A DNA stretch of 64,000 nt, from the NCBI RefSeq assembly GCF_009914755.1, contig NC_060936.1; one strand, written 5' to 3'. Both the position numbers and the translations under genes were made by a program. The DNA comes from the human T2T-CHM13v2.0 reference genome, Homo sapiens. Below, piece by piece: positions 17,750-31,365 of this stretch. Numbering within the stretch: position 1 is the stretch's first letter; the number at the start of each line of letters is the position of its first letter. Below the pieces are notes generated by a model. That model had not been told where the DNA came from. It saw only the letters and a program-made list of their open reading frames with translations, and did no database searches.

Positions 17750-18915
17750 GAAACCTAGTTTCAGTCTGACTATATATTGCTTAGAAATTTAACATCAATG
17801 TTTATTTAAAAAATTGGCCTGTAATTTTTTTTCTTTTAATGTGATTTTTAGGCTTTGATATCAAAGCATATGCTAGTTTCATGAAATTATTGGGATTGTT
17901 TTTTCTATTCTCTGCAAGAGTTTGTGTAAAATTGGTGTTATTTCTTCTTTAATATTTATTAGAATTAGCCATTAAAACTATCTTGGCTGGAGTTCTCTTT
18001 CTGGTTTATAATCACAGAATCAATATTTTTAAGTATTATAAATCTCTTCTAATTCTCTATTTCTTCTTGTACCAATTTTGGTAAGCTAAATTTTTTTAGG
18101 AATTTGTTTATTTCATGTAAATTTTCAAATTTATTGTCATAAAGTTTTTCATAGTATCCTACTAGAATATTGTTAATTTCTATAGTATCTGTAGTAGTGT
18201 CCTTTCTATTTTTTATTCCTATTACTGATTATTTGTTCTGCCATTATTCTTTACCTGAGTAGTACAGTGGGGGTTATAAATTTTATTAGTTTCTTAAAAA
18301 AGCTGTCATTGAGCTTAATTGATCCTTGCTGTTGTATGTATTGTCTATTCAAATTAATTTCTATATTTATCTTTTTTCTTTTTCTACTTTCTTCTGACAT
18401 AATTTGATGTTTTTTCCCTAATTTATTATTATGCATTCTTAGCTCATCAATGTTTAGTCTATTTTCTTTTCTAACATACACATTTAGGGCCATACTTTTT
18501 TTGCCTCTAAGTTTAAATATGCAGCATTTTCTTTTTAATTTAGTTCAAAATATTTTCACATTTCCATTGATTTGTGTTTTAACTCATGCATTGCTTATAA
18601 TTGTACTTCTTAATTTACAAAAAAATGACAGTTTTAAATTTTTGTTTTATTATTTGCTTATTGTTTAATATCACTCTGGCCAGAGAATGTACTCTATAAG
18701 TGTTTAAATATATTGAAATGTAATTTATAGCTCAAATTATAGTGATATATTATAAATATCCTTTGTACTTACTTCAAAAAGAATATGAAATCTCCAGATT
18801 TTGTGAACAGTGTTCCACATATGTCAACTTTGCTAATTATCTTATTCAGTTATGTACTTTCCTTGCTAATTTTCCATCTGATTGTTCTATTATTTAATGA
18901 GAGGAACTACTCATA

Positions 18916-19479
18916 CAGCAGTCCGTCCCCTTATCTACAATTTCTCATTCTGGGGTTTCAGTTACCCATAGTCAAACATGGTCTGAAAATATTAAGTAGA
19001 AAATTCCATAACTAAGCAATGCATAAGTTTTAAACTGTGTGTGCTGTTCTGAATAGCATGTTGAAATCTCACACTCACCTCCCCACCTTCCCAACTTCCT
19101 CTTATACAGGACATAAATCATCCCTTTGTCCAGCCAATCTGCTCTCTATACACTCCCCGTCACTCAGTAACCAACTCGGTTACCAGATCTACTGTTGCAG
19201 TATTGCAGTGCTTGTGTTCAAGTAACCTTTATTTTAATTAATAATGGCCCCAAAGCACAAGCAAAGTGGTGCTGGCATATTGTTATAATAGTTCTATTTT
19301 ATTAGTAGTTATTGTTGTTTATCTCTTACTGTGCCTAATTTATAAATTAAACTTTATCATAGGTATGTATGTAGGTATAGGAAAAAACATAATCTATATA
19401 AAATTAGGTACTATCTGTGGTTTCAGGCATCCACTGGGGGTCTTGGAATGTATTCCCCATGGATAAGGGGGGACTACTG
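18916..19479. mobile_element. MER44 (Tigger7-derived) DNA transposon
   Basis: TIRs cagcagtccgtccccttatc / ggataaggggggactactg, preceded by TA. Confidence 0.88.
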
Positions 19480-22039
19480 TGTATACTATTTCCATTGTTT
19501 TTTGTTCCTTTCAACATTATAATCCTCTACCTACAATTTTTTGTCTTCCACCTTAAGAACACTTTTTCTTATTTTCTTTAGTGTATATCTGCTGTCAAAT
19601 AATTACTTTGTTTTTATTTATCTAAAAATGTATTTTGTCTTTTTTTGGAGTTGTTTATGGAATTTTTGTTGCTTTCATTGTTACTGTCTGCTTTGCATAT
19701 AGAATTCTTTCAGCACTTTGTAAATATTTTATAATCACATGCTTTCCATCGGTTCTACTGAGACGACAACTATCAACCTAAATGTTGCTTTGCTGAAGGC
19801 AATCTGTTGCTTTGTTTTCCTTATCTGCTTTTAAGATTTTTGTATTTGTCAGTTGGGGGGAAGGTCTCATCTGTTATCTCTTTAAATATTGCTCTGTCTC
19901 ATCACTTCTCTCTTTTCCCACTGAGACTCCAATCACATAAACATGATACCTTTTCACCCTCCTCTGTGTCTCCTAATCCTTTCTTCTGTATTTTCCATCC
20001 TTGTATTTCTCTTTGCTTTATTCTTTATATTCTTCTCATCTATATTCCTGTCCATTAAATCTCTCCTCAGTTACTTCTAGTCTGCTATTTCTCCATCTTT
20101 ATGCTCTTAATTTTGATTATTACATTTTGTAGTATTAGAATTGGCATTTAATTCTTTTCCGTGGCTTCCAATTCTCTAAAAAAAAAATCATTCTGTATTT
20201 TGTCATCAATTACGGGCATATGTATTTTAAAATACACGTTTAATAAACTTAGTCTTCCAATATCTGAAGCCAATATTTATCTGTTTTTGTTGTTTGTTGT
20301 TTCTATTTAGTTCTTTCATGATTTATTGTCATCCTGCATGGCTGATTTTTCTCTATTGTATACCAGATATTGTATTTGCAAAATTATTTATAAAATTCAC
20401 TTGAGTCCAAAAATTTGGTGATTGTTCTTTAGAGAGAATATATGTTGCTTCTGTTGATTAGGGGCTCTGGCAATCTGAGCCCACCTCTTTTTAGTTTAGA
20501 ATTAGACAGGATTTGCAGAGAGTCCAGGCTTTCTCAGGTTTAATTCTGATCTGTTTTCTATTCTTGGAATGCAACCCTATGGGATATGGGTCAGGATTTT
20601 CACTAGGGCCCTTTTACCTTTTTTCCAGGCCTGAATTCAAATTCTTACTTTCTTTGAAGGCTATCCAGAGCAGCAGCCAAGCTCTCAGACTCTGATTTCC
20701 TTTTTCTAGAAACAGTAACTCAACTCATTTCAAGGAAGGCAGCCTCAAAAAGAGAACTCACTTCCCCAGGTCTTGGTCCTTCCTCCATTCTAGCCTGATT
20801 TAACTTTATTCTTTTCATGGCTCTCTGACATCATCACTGATAACATTGTATGTGTGCTTTGGAGTTTTTGAGCCCAGGGGAGGCTGGAGCCTGCTCCCCT
20901 CAATAGTTCATAAGCAGAAAGCATTATTGTAACACTACTGACAGTGGGAGCTGAAGATGAGTTCTTCCCCAATTTTCTTTGACCACATAAAGCCATGTTT
21001 TCTCTTTGTCTTCAGTGGAAGAATCTCCTAAATTATTTCATGCACCATTAACAGAAGTAGAAGCCAACCTCTTTATGGTTTATGCCTTTTTGGTTTCTTT
21101 TGTTACAACATTTAGGTTTCAGACTAAGGAAACAGTTACATATTTTACCCAATAATTATATTTCTTGAGAAAAAATGATATGCTCCATAATATTTATTTA
21201 GCATTTTTACATGGCAGGACAATATACTGAGGTATGGATGTGAGCCTTATTCTCTGAGAACTTAAAAGAATAACATTTTCTTTCTTTTCCTCTTTCACAC
21301 AAAGGACATGCATGCCTGTATTTTATAAATTCTAATCTCTTCTCGGGGTGGAGCTCCACGGGGCTTAACAAGCTCTTTTTGGTCTTTTTATTTCAGAAGC
21401 TTCCCTAAAGTCATCCCCACCGAAGCCTTGGTTTGAGAGGTCTTGGTTTATACAAGAAATAAATTAAAATTGTCTGACAGAGGATGGAAATGGAAGCTGG
21501 AATCACCAGGCAATGGAGTTAATCCTAGGAGACTTCCAGGGCAGGTTTGGGTTTGAGGTTTTTTGGATAGGAAAACTAATTGAGTATAATGTGAAAACTA
21601 TGCACATGGTTGAGTATAGTCCTCAAGAAGTGAAAAAAACCTGGGGGAAGCCGAAGGAAGGTAGTGATTACATGTCAGAGCTGCCACCAATGGGCAGGGC
21701 TTTCATGAATGGGCTTTACTGCTGCCATTCAGAGCTACCATAACTACAAAACAGTGAGGACCAGCCCTCCACATTGGATTGTAAAGAAAAACAAAAGGAA
21801 CAAAAGTGGGATGGAATTAAGGAGCTGGTTCTCCATTTTCTTGAGTCATATAGGCCCCAGGTTTCTGGTAAAACCAGTGAAAGAGACAGAAGCTGTTTGA
21901 AAAAGGGCTGAGATTGGATTTCTCATTAACCTTCACAGGTGGGAGCCCTAGCCATATTTAATTTGATTTAGAAAAATAAAGAAACATGACCTTTCTTGCA
22001 CTGGAGTGTCATGAAACCATTCATTTAGGTTAGACTCAT

Positions 22040-22330
22040 AATAGTAAAATATAGAAAACAACCTAAATGTCAGACAGCAGGGCGAAGAGCAGTCATGATA
22101 TATCAACTCTACAAAATTGTATGTGGCTATTAGAAACTGTAACTATTCAGAGTATTTAGCAGTGAAAGGAATGTTTGTGCAACATTTTCAATGTAAAGAT
22201 AAAGCAAAATTTCATCTATTTAGAATAGCAATTTTTGAGAAATTGTGTAGAAATAAAGATGAAGTCTAGAATACAATAGAAAAGAATGAAGATTTGATAC
22301 TTTGGGTGACATATTTTGGGTACATGTATT
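22040..22330 (+). mobile_element. Degraded L1M 3' fragment
   Basis: aatagtaaaatatagaaaacaacctaaatgtc. Confidence 0.5.
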
Positions 22331-22474
22331 TCTTCTATGCTTCATTTATTTTTACTATTATTATTATAATATTTCTTAGCCCAAAGTTAAGTGATTTTTA
22401 TTTTTTAATGATACATGATCAATTCATTTGCAAAGATTCAGTACAGCTCAATTCTATTATATCGTTGATCATTA

Positions 22475-22800
22475 ATCATTCATTTACTCAACAAATGTTT
22501 ATCAAGCACTTACAAAGGCACCAAACACAATGCTAGTTGATATTATTACAGTGGCAAATAAAACAGAGCAAATCCCACATCAACCACATGCTGAGAGAGA
22601 GGTAGACCTAAACAAAAGCACAAATATGTATTTAAATCAAATTTTTAACTCTCTTAATCAAATTACTCCTTGGTAAGAATGAGTGGTGCATAACACTCTT
22701 CAGGTAACTTTGGAATTAATATTTAAGCTGAGCTTTGAAGAACGGGGAGCCAGGTGAATAGGAAAGGGAAAAGACAGCCTTAATGGAGATGCACCAGGAA
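22475..22800 (-). mobile_element. L2 3' fragment
   Basis: cattcatttactcaacaaatgtttatcaagcactta. Confidence 0.75.
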
Positions 22801-22811
22801 GCATCAGGCCC

Positions 22812-22997
22812 TAAACATTGGAGATTCAGAAGGGTGGGAGGGTGGGAGTGGGGTGAGGGATGAGAAATCACTTAATAGGTACAATGTACACTATTCAAAG
22901 TCCAGACCTCACCATTCCACAATATATCCATGTAACAAAATTGCACTCGTACCCCCTAAATATATAAATATATATATAAAAGAAAACTTTTTAAAGA
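22812..22997 (+). mobile_element. Very short L1 3' end (L1PB-like)
   Basis: G-rich tract, ggtacaatgtacactatt, ccatgtaacaaaattgcac; degenerate TSD aagcatcaggccc (22799-22811) / aagtatcaagccc (22998-23010). Confidence 0.85.
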
Positions 22998-23184
22998 AAG
23001 TATCAAGCCCCATTGTGAAACTAGCAGAAGGAGCAGAGCACAATAAGAAAATGAGAGCTGCTTACTGGATAACATTTCAGTGGTATGCATCATGATTTTG
23101 CCAATGAAATATTAGTTGAAGTGCAACCTCCATGACCCTGCACTCTCAGACAATTCTACTTCCTTTCATCTATGAATTGGTCAT

Positions 23185-23626
23185 TGAAAGAGAGTTTAAT
23201 AACAGAACTATGTGTAGGGACTCATAAACACAGTAGACAGGGAGTCACAAGGGACAGTGCAGTACTCCAGGACAAGTAGCAGTAGAGGCTGTAGGTAACT
23301 CCAAGCATGAAGGAGTCCAGGAAACAGTAGCTTCCAGAACCTGGAGTGAGTATCACCTGGAGAGGGCCACCTGAAAGGGGCTGTGTCCCTAGGGCCCTGG
23401 ACACATCCAACTTGAAGCAACCCCAAAGGGAGGGAATAACTACTTTCACTTTCCACTCTTTCCTGCCTCTAATCTCCTGTTGTCCTCCATTGGGCAAACC
23501 CAACCAAAAGCCAGAAGACAAGAGACAACCAAGATATATGCCAGGCAGGCCAGCCTCCATGGCACAAAGCAGTGGGGAGAAGGATAAAGAGTGGATCTGG
23601 AAAGGCAAATGGAAGATGCCCAGCAT
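23185..23626 (-). mobile_element. ERVL LTR, LTR33-like
   Basis: cctccattgggcaaacccaaccaaaagccaga...gagtggatctggaaaggcaaatggaagat. Confidence 0.72.
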
Positions 23627-24150
23627 GGATAGTAAGTTGACTCAACTTGACTTCTTGGCTTTGCTGTTTGATAAAGAACCTGAAGAAAATGGCCCAGCAG
23701 CCATGAAGCCAAGCTCCAGAAGAGTCACTGCACTGTCATTGTATCCTTTGCTGGCCACATCCAATCCAAGATCTAACTGGTTGCTACTGATTTCAGAGAT
23801 GAAAGATCAGGAGAGAGGCGGTCGTTGTCACCTCTACTTTTTCTTTCCTTGGAACCCCTTACATTGGTTTCCTTTCTGTGAACTAACTCTATTCAATTGG
23901 TCTGCATGACAGGTTGGGGAGAATTAGGATAAACTGATGCCCTCAACTTATCCTTCCAACAGAGGGCTCACTGGAGCACTCCAAAGTTCTCTTTACTCCT
24001 GAACTTGGGGACATAAATATCTTTACCTTTTGCTATCTTCTTAACAGTCCTCCTCTCAACTATTATGGATGCATTTTCCCTTCATCTTTACTTACATAGA
24101 TTCCAAAATGTTTTTACTAGTTCATACCAGGGTACAAAAAAAGCCCATTC

Positions 24151-24475
<325 letters not shown>

Positions 24476-24759
24476 TTAAATGATTATATCAGTTTATATT
24501 AAAAATGTATCTAATTTTAATATACTCAAATGAGTTGGCAATAAACATGATCCCTACACCCCTTGTGGAAAAAAACAAGAACAATCCCACAGCAACTGCC
24601 ATTGTTCCCCCAGGAAAAAAAAAAAAAAAACTTCTCCCCCATAACTACAGGAAGAATTTGACTCCTTGAATAGAGTTTTCAGAGTTAGTCAGACTGCTGG
24701 TTCCCTGAAGGGAATTTGCAAAATATTCACAGAGCCACATTCAAAAAAACAGGTCCCGT

Positions 24760-25836
24760 CTGATAATGAGCAATGATTTCTTAAATAGAACACAAAAAGC
24801 ACTACCACAGAACGAAAATATCGATAAATTTTATCTCATTAAATAACTTCCATTATTGACAGATTCTATTAAAAGACTGGAAAGACAGGCCATATAGACT
24901 AAGAAAACAATATTGGCAATCCACATAGCTGACAAAGGACTTGCATCTAGAATATACAAAGAACTTCACACATTAATACAAAGGAGATTAAACAATAAAT
25001 TTTTTTCAAAACATGTGCTATAAAGATAATTTCCAAAAAACCTAAAATGACCAACAAATATATGAAAAGGGGTTAAACAACAATACTTGTCAGGAAATGT
25101 TCCCTAAATAGAACTCAGGAATATACCACCAATTCCTCATCATAATGGCTACATTTTAAAAAGAATAACAGTACCAAATGTTAGTGAGGATGTGGAACGA
25201 CTTGAACTCTTTTAACAGTACTGGTGGGAATGTATACTGGAGCAATCACTTTGGAAAATTGGCAATATTCATGAAAGCTAACATATGCCTGCCGTATGAT
25301 CCAACAGTCCCAGACCAAAGTATATATTCAAGAGAAATGACTGCGTATATCCATCAAAAGGCACATTCAATAATATTCATAGCAGCTTTATTTATAGTAA
25401 CCTCAAACTGAAAACAACTCAAATGTCCAACAAGAGAATGGATAAATGAGCTCTGGCATTTTAATATACTGGAATGCTACTCAGGAATAAAAGGAAATAA
25501 GCTGTTACATGCAACAACGTGGATGGATGGCACAGACATTATACCAAGTGAAAGAAAACACAAAAGCTCATATAGTATAGGATTCGTTTATATGAAGTCA
25601 AAGAAAAGGCAAAACTAGTCAATGACAACAGAAGTCAATATAGTGGTTATCTCTGGGGCTGGGAGTATTAACTGGAAAAAAACACAGGGAAACTTCTGGG
25701 ATGCAGGAAATGTTCTCTATCTACATGGACTGATCATGATGGTTGTATACATATGCAAAAATACATAGAGCTATATACTTAAGATCAGAGCACTTTTTGT
25801 CTATTAATATGTGTATGTTATACTTCAATTTTAAAG
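24760..25836 (+). mobile_element. L1ME-type ORF2 end and 3'UTR
   Basis: ORF 25178-25411 LPYDPTVP..IYSREM..IFIAALF; ends tatgttatacttcaattttaaa. Confidence 0.85.
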
Positions 25837-28002
25837 AGTGAAACACAGGATCGGGTCCCACTCCCTGAATTTCCTCAATCGGGACAGCCTCATGTGGATA
25901 CAGCAAAATTAAAATGAATGCACTTTGTAGTTCCCTGGGGTGAAACTCTAACATGACAGACCACCACAAATTCCAAGGGTAATTGAATTGACTCAATGCT
26001 CTCTCATAATGAAATTCTGCAAGTTTGGATTTAGCTGAGAGCACAGAGAGACTCCAAAGGAGCTGTTAAGAAGGATGGTTGAACAAGCTGTTATATTTCT
26101 TTTTGAACATATTTTTTAATGAAATAGGTGTTTTAATACCTATCTTTAAATGAAATAGGTATTTAAATGCACCAGTTAGGTAGGTCAATGGAGATCCATT
26201 ATTGTCTAATAAACTAAATCAAGGACTCTACAATAGGAAAGGATAAGAAAAAAATTTTTGAAGGTGCTTTGTGCTCATTTGCAGCCAAATTCAATAGCTT
26301 TCATGCAGAAACCCAGGGGAGTTTTTATTGAATTCAATCCTTGAATTGTTTCTAGCTAACGGGCTTACTTCTATTTACAGCATTATTTTCTATTAAAGGA
26401 CAAGCCTGGAAAGTCAAAGAATTTAGAGCTACTGTTTTACTTGAATAATCAACACTTCCTAGGCTGCCTTTATTGTTCTGTTTTAAAAGGATGAAAATCA
26501 AACAGACTGCTTTTTATCAGCTAAGCTGAAATCTTCCAGGAGCAGAGATTTACATAAATATATATAGATGGTAACTATAAAAATGTAATCAGCCATGAGA
26601 GGAAGCCAGTTATGGTCATATGATGAAAACTACTAGAATCAGGGGTTTCTTCATGCTGAAAGATGGTAAAAATGAAACTCGGTTATAAACTCAGCATCCT
26701 CCAAGAGAGTGGATCTCACTTGAAGACATTTTGACTTAATAATGCAATCAAAATATTGGACTTAACTTACCTTCTAAATACTGAAACAAGTTTAATTTAA
26801 ATAAGCAAAGCTCAAAGTAAACCACCTCTAGTCATGCACCAATCTAGAAAAAAAAATTAAAGAAAAATTCAAACAAGATTTCATTTTTGCCAAAATCTGT
26901 CACCTTCCCACTGAAACCTAAAAGCTGTCAAAAATCACATCCCTGAACATTTCCTTCGAGGGACTTATCTAGGTCTTTATATCAACACCTTCTTTTTATT
27001 TTTAAGGGAATTATGCCATTATAAAGTGCAATCAAACTCTGGGTTTAAGTGACATTTCAGAAGGAATATGCAAAATGCCAAAGTGGACATGTATCAGGAC
27101 TTCAAATTCTGTCTTTAGAACATAGAATAGTTTTTACTTAACTGTCAAAGCTGGAACTAAAATATAGATCTGATAATTCTCAGACTATGGCTTTCTCTAC
27201 AACCACAATGACCCTTCCCCCAAATGTCTCCACCATCGACCCTGAAATTTCTACCACGTTGAAATGCAAAGAGTATCTGTGATAAGGAATTTATTGAGGC
27301 ATTGCCCATGTTATACCCTGATCAACTTCAGGAAAGCAAATGGTTCTTGAGGCATTAAAATCTATTGTTTTCCAAGAGTGGGTGTCTGACCCTGGACAGA
27401 ATTGAGAGTAGCTGCCATTAGGAAGGTGAACAAGTAGCTCCATTGCCTGAGGAAGGAGGTGCAATCAGATATTTTTGTATTTTGAGGATCCAAAAAGAGA
27501 TACCACCAGACCCTCATGGAAGAGAGTAGAAGAAGGAAAAGTAGCTGAGTTCTGGTGGATCCTGGCCTGTGCTCTGAAGCCAGAGTATGACTATGGTTCT
27601 GAAGGTTCTGTGTACATGAACAGAGACCTTGTGTAAATAGTCATTGAGTCTGTGACAGTAGCTATAATGGAAGGCCCAGCTCGATACTACACTGTACACT
27701 GATTATGTTTTTATTAAATACTATTGCAAGACTATCATTATTATTATTTTTACTACTGCTGCTTGTTCTAGACTATCTTTCATCAGCACAGAATCACTAC
27801 CATTTCTTCTCAGGAGAGCAAGCAAGAACTACGTTTTCCAAAATGCCTTTCATATATGGTTTCAGGTTAGCATCTGCTAATGAGAGACACTTACGTGGGA
27901 CTTCAAAGGTGGAAAGAAGTCACTGTGCTCCAGAGATAGATGCAAGCAGATGTGAGCTTCTTTAAGCAGCTTCTAGAAAACCCTTTAAGAACTGCCCTTT
28001 TC

Positions 28003-30422
28003 TTTTCTTTTTTTTTTTTTTATTATACTTTAAGTTCTAGGGTACATGTGCACAACGTGCAGGTTGGTTACACAGGTATATATGTTGGTGTGCTGCACCC
28101 ATTAACTCGTCATTTACATTAGGTATATCTCCTAATGCTATCTCTCCCCACTCCTGCCACCCCACAGCAGACTCTGGTGTATGATGTTCCCCACCCTGTG
28201 CCCAAGTGTTCTCATTGTTCAATTCCCACCTATCAGTGAGAACATGCGATGTTTGGTTTTCTGTCCTTGTGATAGTTTGCTCAGAATGATGGTTTCCAGC
28301 TTCATCCATATCCCTATAAAAGACATGAACTCATCATTTTTTATGGCTGCATAGTATTCTATGGTGTATATGTGCCACATTTTCTTAATCCAGTCTATCA
28401 TTGATGGACATTTGGGTTGGTTCCAAGTCTTTGCTATTGTGAATAGTGCCACTATAAATATATGTGTGCATGTGTCTTTATAGCAGCATGATTTATAATC
28501 CTTTGGGTATATACCCAGTAATGGGATGGCTGGGTCAAATGGTATTTCTAGTTCTAGATCCTTGAGGAATCGCCACACTGTCTTCCACAATGGTTGAACT
28601 AGTTTACAGTCCCACCAACAGTGTAAAAGTGTTCCTATATCTCCACATCCTTTCCAGCACCTGTTGTTTCCTGACTTTTTAATGATCGCCATTCTAACTG
28701 GTGTGAGATGGTATCTCATTGTAGTTTTGATTTCCATTTCTCTGATAGCCAGTGATGATGAGCATTTTTTCAATGTGTCTGTTGGCTGCATAAATGTCTT
28801 CTTTTGAGAAGTGTCTGTTCATATCCTTCGCCCACTTTTTGGTGGAGTTGTTTGATTTTTTCTTGTGAATTTGTTTGAGTTCTTTATAGATTCTGGATAT
28901 TAGTTCTTTGTCAGATGGGGAGATTGCAAAAATTTTCTCCCATTCTGTAGGTTGCCTGTTCACTCTGATGGTAGTTTCTTTTGCTGTGCAGAAGCTCTTT
29001 AGTTTAATTAGATCCCATTTGTCAATTTTGGCTTTTATTGCCATTGTTTTTGGTATTTTACACATGAAGTCCTTGCCCATGCCTATGTACTGAATGGTAT
29101 TGCCTAGGTTTTCCTCTAGGGTTTTTATGGTTTTAGGTCTAACATTTAAGTCTTTAACCCATCTTGAATTAATTTTTGTATAAGGTGTAAGGAAGGGATC
29201 CAGTTTCAGCTTTCTATGTATGGCCAGCCAGTTTTCCCAGCACCATTTATTAAATAGGGAATCCTTTCCCCATTGCTTGTTTTTATCAGGTTTGTCAAAG
29301 ATCAGATGGTTGTAGATGTGTGGTATTATTTCTGAGGGCTCTGTTCTGTTCCATTGGTCTATATCTCTGTTTTGGTACCAGTACCATGCTGTTTTGGTTA
29401 CTGTAGCCTTGTAGTATAGTTTGAAGTCAGGTAGCTTGATGCCTCCAGCTTTGTTCTTTTGCCTTAGGACTGTCTTGGCAATGCAGGCTCTTTTTTGGTT
29501 CCATATGAACTTTAAAGTAGTTTTTTCCAATTCTGTGAAGAAAGGCATTGGTAGCTTGATGGGGATGCCATTGAATCTATAAATTACTTTGGGCAGTATG
29601 GCCATTTTCACGATATTGATTCTTCCTACCCATGAGCATGGAATGTTCTTCCATTTGTTTTTGTCCTCTTTTATTTCGTTGAGCAGTGGTTTGTAGTTCT
29701 CCTTGAAGAGGTCCTTCACATCCCTTGTAAGTTGGATTCCTAGGTGTTTTCTTCTCTTTGAAGCAATTGTGAATGGGAGTTCACTCATGATTTGGTTCTC
29801 TGTTTGTCTATTATTGGTGTATAGGAATGCTTGTGAATTTTGCACATTGATTTTGTATCCTGAGACTTTGCTGAAGTTGCTTATCAGCTTAAGGGGATTT
29901 TGGGCTGAGACGATGGGGTTTTCTAAATATACAAGCATGTCATCTGCAAACAGGGACAATTTGACTTCCTCTTTTCCTAATTGAATACCCTTTATTTCAT
30001 TCTCCTGCCTGATTGCCTTGGCCAGAACTTCCAACACTATGTTGAATAGGAGTGGTAAGAGAGGGCATCCTTGTGCCAGTTTTCAAAGGGAATGCTTCCA
30101 GTTTTTGCCCATTCAGTGTGATATTGGCTGTGGGTTTGTCAGAAATAGCTCTTATTATTTTGAGATACATCCCATCAATACCTAGTTTACTGAGAATTTT
30201 TAGCATGAAGGGCTGTTGAATTTTGTCGAAGGCATTTTCTGCATCTATTGAGATAATCATGTGGTTTTTGTCTTTGGTTCTGTTTATATGATGGATTACG
30301 TTTATTGATTTGCATATGTTGAACCAGCCTTGCATCCCAGGGATGAAGCCAACTTGATTGTGGTGGATAAGCTTTTTGATGTGCTGCTGGATTTGGTTTG
30401 CCAGTATTTTACTGAGTTTTTT
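28003..30422 (-). mobile_element. L1PA4/5-like, 5'-truncated (about 2.4 kb)
   Basis: Poly-T then tattatactttaagttctagggtac; TSD tgcccttttc at 27993-28002 and 30423-30432. Confidence 0.97.
28219..30420 (-). pseudogene. L1 ORF2p remnant (RT and C-terminal Cys-rich domain), frameshifted into three ORFs
   Basis: [10 protein letters not shown] motif in the 447-aa ORF; [13 protein letters not shown] in the 190-aa ORF; [14 protein letters not shown] in the 145-aa ORF; no EN domain or promoter. Confidence 0.95.
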
Positions 30423-30642
30423 TGCCCTTTTCAATGCTTCAGATTGTTAACCATGCTAGAGGCTTTCTTGACCTTTGTCGTTAGAGCCTTTCTAAACATT
30501 GCATAAGACTTTACTTTCCTTATGAAAATCTTTTGTATTTGAATACATATAGTGTCTTATGTTTTATTTGACATTTCAAGGTTATGAGATGAACTTCTGT
30601 AACATCATGAGATGTCGATTTTTCTTTATGAAACAATTATAC

Positions 30643-31270
30643 CTTCAAATTTCATCATTTGCAGTAGTTATGTTCCCTGAAGTCTCCATGAACATGGAGT
30701 TAGCAAATACTGAACTACTGCTCCTAGGAGAAATACAGGATTAGGTTCCTGTGAGTCTCTGGTCACATGTACATCAAGCAATCAATATATAAGCTCGTTT
30801 TATGTGTGTTTCTGTTTTAAAATATATTACTCAGTATATATCATTGTTCAATTAACATTTAAATCATGGTAACCGCACTATAACTCATGCCTAGATGAAA
30901 CTTATCTAACACATATTTTCTCCAGAAGGCATATCATGGGCTTAGAAATACTAAACAGCACTTCAGCCCTACAGAGGGGGCTGATAAACAGCAAAGTCAC
31001 CAAAAAAAGTACAAAACTGCCAAAAAAAAAAAGTGGTACTATAAAGATGACTTGTTTATAGTATGAGAGCTGAAACAAAAAGACAGAATGTCATCTTGTT
31101 CAGTCTCAGCTAGGAAGGCATGTTTCAGGTGGCTCACATTTTTTAGTGCTCTGTGCATGCTCAGAAATAATTGTGAAAGCACCACAACTATTGATTTGGG
31201 TGTTACAAATAAATTTTAGCAATTAAGTGAACTGGCAACTATGGAATCTGCAAATAATCAGAATCAACTG
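30643..31270 (-). mobile_element. MER82 (Tigger-type) DNA transposon
   Basis: gcagtagttatgttc...ttagcaaatactgaac; gttacaaataaattttagc...ggaatctgcaaataatcagaatcaactg terminus. Confidence 0.82.
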
Positions 31271-31274
31271 TTTT

Positions 31275-31365
31275 TGAGAAATTAAATGACTTCCTTATTG
31301 ACACATTCAAGCAGTGACAGAATTAGGACCAGAATCGGTGCCTTCTGCTTCCAAATCCATGTGCA
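31275..31365 (-). mobile_element. MIR fragment
   Basis: gagaaattaaatgacttcc...agtgacagaattagga..ctgcttccaaatccatg. Confidence 0.5.

Larger units (their letters stand above)
27764..30575 (+). mobile_element. Old ERVL LTR (LTR40/LTR16-like) split by L1PA (parts about 27764-28002 and 30423-30575)
   Basis: aactacgttttccaaaatgccttt..ggtttcaggttagcatctgctaatgagagacactt; LTR-like 3' part resumes after the L1 TSD. Confidence 0.55.

Noticed and set aside
23346-23909. 187-aa plus-strand ORF (and overlapping 134-aa minus ORF)
   Set aside because: Starts at GTG, half lies in an LTR33-like element, no recognisable domain; likely a chance frame
28694-30037. 447-aa ORF as a functional gene
   Set aside because: L1 ORF2 fragment of a 5'-truncated copy, bounded by frameshifts, with no endonuclease domain or promoter
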